From the IMG/VR virus record IMGVR_UViG_3300010396_000028, positions 1 to 42,086 of that record: 42,086 nucleotides of DNA. One strand, 5' to 3'. This DNA comes from a virus. Both the position numbers and the translations under genes were made by a program. Positions within the stretch are counted from its first letter, which is position 1. Each line of letters starts with the position of its first letter. The notes beneath the pieces were generated by a model. That model made no database searches, was not told the DNA's origin, and was given only the letters and a program-made list of their open reading frames with translations. Positions 1 through 6,485 of the stretch are shown one piece after another.

Positions 1-123
1 CATTGCTGCCCATCCAGGAACATTTGATTGCGTTCCCAGTTACGACCAAGCTGTGTTTTCACCACAGAATCGTTGCGGTAGAACTTTTCAATATAGGACG
101 CAAGCTGATCCGGATCTTCCACC
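1..123. repeat. Terminal duplicate (identical to 41964..42086): circular-assembly overlap or short terminal redundancy
   Basis: Base-by-base comparison of the first 123 nt with the last 123 nt shows identity. Confidence 0.95.
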
Positions 124-173
124 TCGGAAAGATCAAGATTGAGTGCGCTGCTAGCTGCTGTGCTGCTTTCCAT
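1..173 (-). CDS. Portal protein, N-terminal 57 codons (continues across the circular junction into 41963..39872)
   Basis: Minus-strand ATG at 173. The frame is continuous with ORF 39872..42085 once the 123-bp terminal duplicate is collapsed (MESSTAASSALNLDLSEVEDPDQLASY...). Confidence 0.7.
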   Translation of the reverse strand, partial: MESSTAASSALNLDLSEVEDPDQLASYIEKFYRNDSVVKTQLGRNWERNQMFLDGQQ

Positions 174-177
174 TTAT

Positions 178-414
178 TTAATAATTTCCGCTCAAGAGCA
201 GGGCGGCTTCAGTGTTAATAGCTTCTTGTTTAGGGTCGCGCGGTATTTGATCTTGGCGGCCTTCGAGCACTGCATCGGCTTCGATTTGACTGTCGGTGGA
301 GAGCTTTCCTGGCTGCACCATGCGGCGGAGAAAAGATACCTCGTCCTTGAGGTGCGCGATGTGCGCGTCTTTGGCCTGGAGGATGGCCTGGTGCGCTCGC
401 GTAGAAATGAACAT
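178..414 (-). CDS. Hypothetical late protein (78 aa)
   Basis: ORF in the late operon between TerL and portal. Tightly packed with its neighbours (3-4 nt gaps). Confidence 0.5.
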   Translation of the reverse strand: MFISTRAHQAILQAKDAHIAHLKDEVSFLRRMVQPGKLSTDSQIEADAVLEGRQDQIPRDPKQEAINTEAALLLSGNY

Positions 415-416
415 GC

Positions 417-632
417 TTAAACAGGCTCCTTCATGCTGCCTGTGGCTTTGCGGAAACTGTTCTGCACCTTCTTGGCAGAGGAGGGGGCATCGTCGCCGTC
501 AAGATTTTGCTGATCGGGGTCAGCGTCTTCGTTGGGATCAGCAGGAGCTGCTTTTTTGGCAGGCTTCTTTCCAGCGCCGCCGTTGAGAAGGTCTTGCACC
601 ATGCCCGCAATGGCGTTGAGTTTGTCCATCAT
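417..632 (-). CDS. Hypothetical late protein (71 aa), Lys/Asp/Pro-rich
   Basis: ORF packed between late ORFs on the same strand. Low-complexity charged C-terminal half. Confidence 0.5.
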   Translation of the reverse strand: MMDKLNAIAGMVQDLLNGGAGKKPAKKAAPADPNEDADPDQQNLDGDDAPSSAKKVQNSFRKATGSMKEPV

Positions 633-635
633 AAA

Positions 636-902
636 TTATCGACCTATGATAATGGCTGTGCCGAACGCGTTGCCGAGTGGGTCTTTAAATGCCAACGTGG
701 CTACGTTTGTGGCGTAGGTGGGAGCTGCGGTATAAACCAGACCGCCATCCAGAATGACATGGAACACGTCAGTAAGACGGTCGGCGGTAATGGTGCCGGA
801 AGTGTCACCAGATGCGGCGGTGAACTTAACAATTTGAATCTTTACAGGTCCGATAGAAAAAGAACGCGGCTCCGATACGGAGTCAGTAGTAGCAAATGCC
901 AT
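636..902 (-). CDS. Hypothetical late (probably structural) protein (88 aa)
   Basis: ATG preceded by AGAGGA. First gene downstream of late-motif copy 1. Thr/Ala/Gly-rich, beta-type composition. Confidence 0.55.
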   Translation of the reverse strand: MAFATTDSVSEPRSFSIGPVKIQIVKFTAASGDTSGTITADRLTDVFHVILDGGLVYTAAPTYATNVATLAFKDPLGNAFGTAIIIGR

Positions 903-1007
903 ATTTTCCTCTTGTGGTATTTCCCGTCACTTGAGCGGGGAGCAGATGCCTGGCCTAGGTCCAGGCTGTACTCATTAGGGCTTTCAACATGAATGATCCC
1001 TCTATAT

Positions 1008-1024
1008 AAGGGGGAAAAGTTCTA
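1008..1024 (-). promoter_or_regulatory. Late-gene motif copy 1 (minus-strand TAGAACTTTTCCCCCTT followed by ATATA)
   Basis: 17/17 identical to the copies at 2980-2996 and 12893-12909. All three are oriented with the minus-strand late genes. Confidence 0.5.
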
Positions 1025-1031
1025 CAACTAG

Positions 1032-2495
1032 TTAGCCGCCGAAGGGATCGCTGCTCTTTCGCCCCTTCTTAAGTTCTTGTAATTCATTGTAAAGCATACG
1101 CTCTGAGGAGCCATGTTTGAGGTGGGCAATGGGGTCAAGCTTTTTAGTGACAGGCTCGGGGCATGTCATAATCATATATCTCAAACTGTCCATCAAATGG
1201 TCATTTACCTTCACAGGCTCTTCCCGCTCATTGAATTTACCCTGCAAACCTGCGGGGCGCTCGGCCCAGCGATATTGGGTTATTTCATCAAGCAAGTTCA
1301 CACAGGTGTCGAAAACATACAGGCGCGGCTTCCCGCGAGCATCAGGCTTTAGATAGGCCTTCACACGCTCTATGCCGGTCTGTACGCTCTTCTGAGCCTC
1401 CAGCATGGGAAAACCGCTGGGGAGGTGGCGCAGGTAAATATCCCAGTTGTTCAGGCCGTTGCGCACTTGTTTAGCTGCGGGGTCCATGCGCATCTGCTCC
1501 ACTTTGCGCCCTCTTAGCTTGGAGTAGGCACTAGGAAGGTGCTGCATATTCACCACCTTACCTGTTCGGCATATTTCCTCTATGAGCCACTCTTTCTGGT
1601 AAAACTCATCCCACACGTAGACATCGCCCTCTGGGCTTATCGCGGCGTATATCCAAGCAGCGGCGTTGCGGTAGCCATCGTCAGCGCCGATGCGTATGGT
1701 CCAGTCGTCAGGAATGCGGAAGGGTTTAATGACGTGTACAGCACGGTTGAATTCACTGTAGATTTGCCCCTCAAAGCTATCGTCTGAGCCCTCAATTTCG
1801 CGCCTTATGCGGTCTTCGCTCCACGCGGCCACGAGAGTGTCAATGTAGCCGTCGGGCAGGTGAATGTTCTCGGTGGAGGGGGCACGTATGTTGAGAAACA
1901 GGCGCCTTACCTCGGGGGAGGCAATGTGGTCTTTCTTAACAAACCAGCGCCAGGTCCAGTCATGGCCTCCGGGGTTCATTGTCACGAGGCCCTTGCGCCA
2001 GAAGCGGCCCCGTAGGCGTCCCTGGAGCAGCATGAAGGCGGCTTCGGACACCTGGTTGGCTTCGTCAATGTAAAACGCATTTAAATTCAAGGAGCGGAGC
2101 TTGTCTGGCTCCTCTAGGCCACGAAAGAGAATGGTGCTTACACCGCCGCCCACACAGTGCACCTTCACCACCATGTCAGCCACTCGCACTTCTTTTATCA
2201 GCTCAGGCGGGCACACCTCCATGAACGTCTTGTACGTGGTGTCTTTCAGCTCAGGCATGTATTGGCGGGCGACGAGGTAGTCGCCAGGGCGCAAGACAGC
2301 CATGTGAAGCATGGTGGTGCAGCCGATGAGCGTCTTGCCGCTACCGATGCCGCCCACATAGCGCACAAACTTGGCATAGGCTCGGCTTTCAGCCTCCGAC
2401 AGAGCTGCATCTAAGAATTGCTTCTGTTTGGGCAGAGGAGTGCGGGAGCCGTCTTTGGCAACAGGGAAACACTGGTTGAGGTCTATTGTGGGCAC
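1032..2495 (-). CDS. terL: Terminase large subunit
   Basis: 487 aa. Walker A GGIGSGKT, Walker B-like FYIDEANQ, C-terminal nuclease-domain motif DHLMDSLRY typical of large terminases. Confidence 0.92.
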   Translation of the reverse strand: MPTIDLNQCFPVAKDGSRTPLPKQKQFLDAALSEAESRAYAKFVRYVGGIGSGKTLIGCTTMLHMAVLRPGDYLVARQYMPELKDTTYKTFMEVCPPELIKEVRVADMVVKVHCVGGGVSTILFRGLEEPDKLRSLNLNAFYIDEANQVSEAAFMLLQGRLRGRFWRKGLVTMNPGGHDWTWRWFVKKDHIASPEVRRLFLNIRAPSTENIHLPDGYIDTLVAAWSEDRIRREIEGSDDSFEGQIYSEFNRAVHVIKPFRIPDDWTIRIGADDGYRNAAAWIYAAISPEGDVYVWDEFYQKEWLIEEICRTGKVVNMQHLPSAYSKLRGRKVEQMRMDPAAKQVRNGLNNWDIYLRHLPSGFPMLEAQKSVQTGIERVKAYLKPDARGKPRLYVFDTCVNLLDEITQYRWAERPAGLQGKFNEREEPVKVNDHLMDSLRYMIMTCPEPVTKKLDPIAHLKHGSSERMLYNELQELKKGRKSSDPFGG

Positions 2496-2592
2496 AGCGG
2501 TCCTTTAAAAAGAAAAAAGCTGCTGGGTGAGGGCTACCCTACAGAGATAGGGAGATCGTCGATTGTAGAGGCTGTGGTGGGCTTTAAATAAC

Positions 2593-2620
2593 GTTTGACA
2601 AGCGAATGACACCGTCAAAC
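2593..2620. repeat. Inverted repeat GTTTGAC-N14-GTCAAAC
   Basis: Perfect 7-bp arms read directly from the sequence. Lies about 100 nt upstream of the terL start. Confidence 0.6.
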
Positions 2621-2625
2621 ATTTA

Positions 2626-2909
2626 CCTGGCTGCGGCTTAGCCTGCGCCGGTGGCGGAGTCTTAGGCTGAGACACAGTAATATATTTAATAAATACCTGG
2701 CTAAGACTCAGCCTGCGTCTTAGATATGTATTTTAATCTGTGCCAGGCTGTGGCTTAGCCTGCGCCTCTGTGTTATCTCTTTCGCATCCCCGCTCTCGCG
2801 CCTGGCGCATTAGAGAGCGGAGCCAACTCCTACTTCGCTTTCCTTCGGGCTCAGTAGGAGCGCGTTTTTGTGGCTGTGTTGGTGCTTTCTCTGAGGCGCG
2901 GGCTAAGCC
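2626..2909. repeat. Iteron cluster: three direct copies and one inverted copy of (CCWGGCT..)GGCTTAGCCTGCGCC, separated by AT-rich spacers
   Basis: R1 2626-2649 and R3 2743-2766 are 22/24 identical. R2 2696-2719 shares the flanks CCTGGCT...GCCTGCG. The inverted copy GGCGCGGGCTAAGCC is at 2895-2909. AT-rich stretches lie at about 2668-2694 and 2722-2738. Confidence 0.7.
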
Positions 2910-2979
2910 TTGTCGGTGGTGTATTTTTAGCTGTCTGTGCCACCGCCTCGCGCGCAGCCGTAAGAGATACCTTCATATA

Positions 2980-2996
2980 AAGGGGGAAAAGTTCTA
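2980..2996 (-). promoter_or_regulatory. Late-gene motif copy 2 (about 485 nt upstream of terL)
   Basis: Exact 17-mer AAGGGGGAAAAGTTCTA on the plus strand. The minus strand reads TGTAGAACTTTTCCCCCTTTATATG. Confidence 0.5.
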
Positions 2997-3406
2997 CAAA
3001 GTTGCAAGTGGCTGTAACTGTTCTGGATAACAATTGTTAAGAATAGAACCTATGTGTTAACATCTCTTAACATTCTACAAAGCTTGTTTATGGGCAAGGG
3101 CGGGAAAATTGTGCGCGCCACCATATAACTCTACCTCGCTCACCACTTTTGCCCCACCCCCTAGGCCCCTTGCAAGGTCCATGCCATGATACAGTGGCAG
3201 GGTAGAGACAGGTGGCTTGGCATAGATCATTATTCGTGCCATGCATGATGCTATGCGGGGAGGGTATGTTGGCATGGGCATGTTGAGAATCATTCTCACC
3301 TCGTCTCACACAACACTACCTGTCGCATATTGCAACACTATCAAAAGCTTTGCTCCTATATAGAGCGCGCCACCGCGACGACAGTGGTGTCTAGGTCGGC
3401 GCTTTT

Positions 3407-3505
3407 GTACAAAAGATCGGCAATGAGTACATATGCCTTGCTTTACAACGTATTGCAGCGATTTTACATGAAACTTTCCTAAACTCGTACAAAAGATCGG
3501 CGATG
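3407..3505 (+). repeat. Two copies of the 19-mer GTACAAAAGATCGGCRATG, 80 bp apart
   Basis: Copies at 3407-3425 and 3487-3505 differ at 1 position. The first is embedded in the 14-nt palindrome CTTTTGTACAAAAG. Confidence 0.6.
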
Positions 3506-3547
3506 GGTTCACCGGTCTTGCTAATAGTTTCGCTGCTTTACACTTGC

Positions 3548-3575
3548 TTGACATCGGCATTACATCTGCTATACT
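3548..3575 (+). promoter_or_regulatory. Early sigma70-type promoter (TTGACA-N16-TATACT)
   Basis: Consensus -35 at 3548-3553 and near-consensus -10 at 3570-3575, facing the first plus-strand genes. A hairpin GCCGAG-TACTT-CTCGGC (3586-3602) follows. Confidence 0.6.
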
Positions 3576-3616
3576 TATTATAACAGCCGAGTACTTCTCG
3601 GCAGGAGGATAGCAAG

Positions 3617-3736
3617 GTGATCTACATCGTAATGACAAAGTGGGACATAAAGCTTACTGCCCTAACTGATCTGTCTGAGGCCCAGCGCGCTGCTAGAGCG
3701 TGTGGTGGCTATATCGTTTTTGTTAAAAACCGCTAA
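3617..3736 (+). CDS. Possible small early ORF (39 aa from GTG 3617, or 34 aa from ATG 3632)
   Basis: AGGAGG lies 7 nt upstream of the GTG. This is the first ORF after the early promoter. It is below the 60-aa cutoff of the track. Confidence 0.3.
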   Translation: MIYIVMTKWDIKLTALTDLSEAQRAARACGGYIVFVKNR

Positions 3737-3766
3737 AAACCGCTAATGAACGCTAATGGAGGTTGT

Positions 3767-4210
3767 ATGAAAAACATTCAACGTACTTCGGATTACGATA
3801 CCAACCTGGATCTTGCTTTTGGAAACCTTGTAATTAATCTCTGCGCTCACGACACCAGCCCTTGTGGGTTGCCTGCTTATATTGAAGTGCAGCTTGGTAA
3901 AGCGCCTAAAGACAAAGGCGCTACCGTGCTTGACCTTGGCAACTACATCTATCGTCGTTTTGGCCTTCGTTACCAAATGACTCCTGAATATTGTGGACGC
4001 GGCAAGAGCACCACGCTTCGTTGGTTTATGTCGTGGGACGATATCAAGCCCATACGCGCCAACATTTTCAAAGCTTGTATGCCTGAGGCTACTGAGCGTT
4101 TGGTTAATTTAGAACACTTTCTACCCGTAACCTTTCGCACATTGATTATTCAAAACCCCGAACGTGGAGTGCGTGCCCCAAGCAATTCGACGCAGGAGAC
4201 ATTGCGATGA
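3767..4210 (+). CDS. Hypothetical early protein
   Basis: ATG 3767 is preceded by GGAGG; the track ORF starts at 3746. Its end overlaps the next ORF start (ATGA). Confidence 0.6.
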   Translation: MKNIQRTSDYDTNLDLAFGNLVINLCAHDTSPCGLPAYIEVQLGKAPKDKGATVLDLGNYIYRRFGLRYQMTPEYCGRGKSTTLRWFMSWDDIKPIRANIFKACMPEATERLVNLEHFLPVTFRTLIIQNPERGVRAPSNSTQETLR

Positions 4211-4455
4211 AGCGCTACAATCTAGAATTCACTATTGAGATAGACTACGTGCCGTACACCGTGCTCGCTGAAGGCAATGACCTTGAGGAGCTACTAGCAG
4301 ATGCACAGTATAACGAGCAGGATAATGACAATGGAAACGATTACCGCGACATCGGCAACCTGCCCGCTAAAAAGTATGACGAAGTATTGCAGACGATCGC
4401 CTCTGAGATGCAAGCGTGTGATGAATCTACCTTAGAGAGCCGTCAAGATCGCTAA
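4207..4455 (+). CDS. Small, strongly acidic early protein (82 aa)
   Basis: ATGA coupling to the upstream ORF. Asp/Glu/Asn-rich (for example NEQDNDNGNDYRD). Confidence 0.6.
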   Translation: MKRYNLEFTIEIDYVPYTVLAEGNDLEELLADAQYNEQDNDNGNDYRDIGNLPAKKYDEVLQTIASEMQACDESTLESRQDR

Positions 4456-4489
4456 AAAGCTTAGTACTCTAAGCGAGGAGGATAATTCT

Positions 4490-5044
4490 ATGAAAATACT
4501 TACAGACAAAAAGCTCCAGTCTTTAAAACCTTGTGATGAAGGCTATGCTTGGTGGAAGAACTATGTTGGCGGCAAGAAGTCGGCAGATTTATTAGCTACT
4601 CTGCTTGCTGTTAACGAAGTCAATCCTTTGTGGGCGCGTTGGACATTTACACAGCTAATGAATACCAAGCGGCGCTGTGAAATAGCCATATATGCCGCTG
4701 AACAGGTGTTGCCTGTATTTGAGGCTAAATATCCTGGTGATAAACGGCCTCGGATGGCCATAAAGGCAGCGGTGTGTGTTTTAAAGCACAATACAAAAGA
4801 AAATCAAAGTGTCGCCGCCGCCTACTCCGCCGCCGACGCCGCCGCCGACGCCGCCTACGCCGCCGCCGACGCCGCCTACGCCGCCGCCGACGCCGCCTAC
4901 TCCGCCGCCTACTCCGCCTACTCCGACGCCGACGCCGCCGCCGACGCCGCCTACTCCGCCGCCTGCGCCGCCGCCGCCGCCAGAACAAACATGCAAGTGA
5001 AAATCATTAAACAAGCTGCGGCCATATTGAATAGGAGTGAATAA
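4490..5044 (+). CDS. Ala/Asp/Tyr hexapeptide-repeat protein with an Imm5-like (putative immunity protein) core
   Basis: GAGGAGG RBS. The core AAEQVLPVFEAKYPGDKRPRMAIKAA is followed by (AADAAY)n-type repeats. This pattern resembles the AxxCAxxVLPxFE...PxDxRPRxAI family. Confidence 0.65.
   Translation: MKILTDKKLQSLKPCDEGYAWWKNYVGGKKSADLLATLLAVNEVNPLWARWTFTQLMNTKRRCEIAIYAAEQVLPVFEAKYPGDKRPRMAIKAAVCVLKHNTKENQSVAAAYSAADAAADAAYAAADAAYAAADAAYSAAYSAYSDADAAADAAYSAACAAAAARTNMQVKIIKQAAAILNRSE
4811..4982 (+). repeat. In-frame 18-nt (GCCGCCGACGCCGCCTAC-type) coding repeat array
   Basis: Read directly. Encodes the Ala/Asp/Tyr repeats of ORF 4490..5044. Confidence 0.9.
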
Positions 5045-5482
5045 ATGAAGTATTTAATAACACTGTCATTAGTAGGTCTCTCAGGGTGTGGTCATGGTGG
5101 CGGTCAAGGACCGTCTGGCCCGCAAGGTAATCCTGGCTCACAGGGCAATGGATGCATTGTCACAGCCGAAGCCGCGTCAACCGTGGTGCCTTATGGTGGT
5201 AGCCTCATTACCTGCGGCGACACTACAAGCCTTGTTCTCAATGGATCTCCTGGTGGATCGGGTGTCACTGTGAGCGCGGTACAATTCTGCGCCGGTGCTA
5301 ACACGAGCTATCCGAGCACGTTCCCTGAGGTGGGATTTTGTTTAGGCAATGAATTGTATGGTGTGTACAGCGCCCATGATGGTTTTCTCACGCCTTTGCC
5401 GCCCGGAACATACACGAGCAATGGCATTAACGCTTCTTGCACGTTCACTGTCACTAGCGGGTGCAACGTTGTTACGCAGTGA
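5045..5482 (+). CDS. Lipoprotein with a short collagen-like GXY stretch
   Basis: Signal peptide with lipobox LSGC (Cys15), then GPSGPQGNPGSQG. AGGAG RBS. Confidence 0.7.
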   Translation: MKYLITLSLVGLSGCGHGGGQGPSGPQGNPGSQGNGCIVTAEAASTVVPYGGSLITCGDTTSLVLNGSPGGSGVTVSAVQFCAGANTSYPSTFPEVGFCLGNELYGVYSAHDGFLTPLPPGTYTSNGINASCTFTVTSGCNVVTQ

Positions 5483-5504
5483 GATTGTGGGGACTAATTA
5501 ATTT

Positions 5505-6029
5505 ATGAAAGTGGGCAGACCTAGAACAGTGCCTGTTGAACATATCCGTAAACTTCGTAGGGCAGGTTTAACTTATAAACAGATTGAACAAAAATGCAAT
5601 TGTGGACCTGTTACTGTTAGATGCGCTCTTATGACTGCCGAGGAGTATTTAAAGTATAAACAAGAACAGAACCAAAAACATAAGAAAAGATATTGGAGAG
5701 ATGTTTATAAGAGTCGGGAAAAGCGTCGTGAATCATACTCTAGATATTATGCCAAAAACAAAGAAAAAGTCTTAGCAAGAGGTAGACGCTTTGCTAATTC
5801 CGAGCGCGGAAAAGCATGGCGCGCTTCTTATAGAATTAAGAACCACAAGCATATAAAACGCTTGCTGTTGGATTTGTATAAAAAACACAGCAGGTCACCT
5901 GAATATCGAGCAAAAAAAGCACACTATTTTATGCAAAGAAAATACGGGGTATACGCGGAAATAGTAAAGCAAATTTGGGAATGTGAACGACAACTAAGGA
6001 GGAAAAATGGCAAAGAAAAACAAAAGTAA
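5505..6029 (+). CDS. Highly basic DNA-binding protein with an N-terminal resolvase-type HTH
   Basis: GRPRTVPVEHIRKLRRAGLTYKQIEQK fits the HTH_7-like pattern. The rest is Lys/Arg/Tyr-rich. Confidence 0.6.
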   Translation: MKVGRPRTVPVEHIRKLRRAGLTYKQIEQKCNCGPVTVRCALMTAEEYLKYKQEQNQKHKKRYWRDVYKSREKRRESYSRYYAKNKEKVLARGRRFANSERGKAWRASYRIKNHKHIKRLLLDLYKKHSRSPEYRAKKAHYFMQRKYGVYAEIVKQIWECERQLRRKNGKEKQK

Positions 6030-6237
6030 ATTGGCAGATATCGTAGAACAAGTGGGTCCTGTGGCGTTTGCGGCCATCAAGAAAGTGTTGGCTGGAAACA
6101 TTACTCCCGGGCAAGCATCCGCTGCGTTTGCAGGTGTGCGTGAATTGGGGCGCATGGACGCCAATGCTCGTGCTCGTGAACAGCTGCAAATTCAGAAAGC
6201 AAAGCTCGAACAAACTGCGTTCAAGAAATCGGCATAG
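6007..6237 (+). CDS. Hypothetical protein (76 aa)
   Basis: Strong RBS AAGGAGG before the ATG. Overlaps the upstream ORF by 23 nt. Confidence 0.5.
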   Translation: MAKKNKSKLADIVEQVGPVAFAAIKKVLAGNITPGQASAAFAGVRELGRMDANARAREQLQIQKAKLEQTAFKKSA

Positions 6238-6263
6238 TATCGGCGCGCCTGTCGGAGCAGGCG

Positions 6264-6485
6264 CTATTTCACTGTAGCCAGCAGCTCCGATGGGGAGAGG
6301 CCATAGACCTCGCATATTTTGTAAAGTGTGCTCATGTTGAAGTTCTTTCCCGTTTCAAGCTTTTGCAGGTGTCGCCAGGATGGATAACCGTGCTGTTCTG
6401 TTTCTTCTAGTGTCCATCCTTTGTTTTGCCTTACTTGTCGTAGCCGCGATCCAATTTGTTTGATGAAAGATTTTTCACAATTCAT
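6264..6485 (-). CDS. XRE/Cro-CI family HTH transcriptional regulator (candidate repressor)
   Basis: 73 aa. LRQVRQNKGWTLEETEQ...LQKLETGKNFNMSTLYKICEVYGLSPSELL matches the XRE HTH pattern. Encoded opposite to the flanking early genes. Confidence 0.8.
   Translation of the reverse strand: MNCEKSFIKQIGSRLRQVRQNKGWTLEETEQHGYPSWRHLQKLETGKNFNMSTLYKICEVYGLSPSELLATVK

Noticed and set aside
2740-3638. Track ORFs 2740..3030(+), 2851..3033(-), 3075..3299(-), 3088..3309(-) and 3306..3638(-) in the control region.
   Set aside because: They overlap one another and lack plausible RBS spacing. Their composition is odd (Cys/Arg/Met-rich), and they run across iterons, promoters and the late motif. I treat this span as non-coding, but Ribo-seq could overturn that.
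4725-5014. Track ORFs encoding poly-Arg (both strands), Pro/Thr-repeat and Gly/Val-repeat peptides.
   Set aside because: They are alternate-frame and antisense readings of the 18-nt repeat array inside ORF 4490..5044. Only the Ala/Asp/Tyr frame has an RBS, a non-repetitive N-terminal domain and a family-like core.
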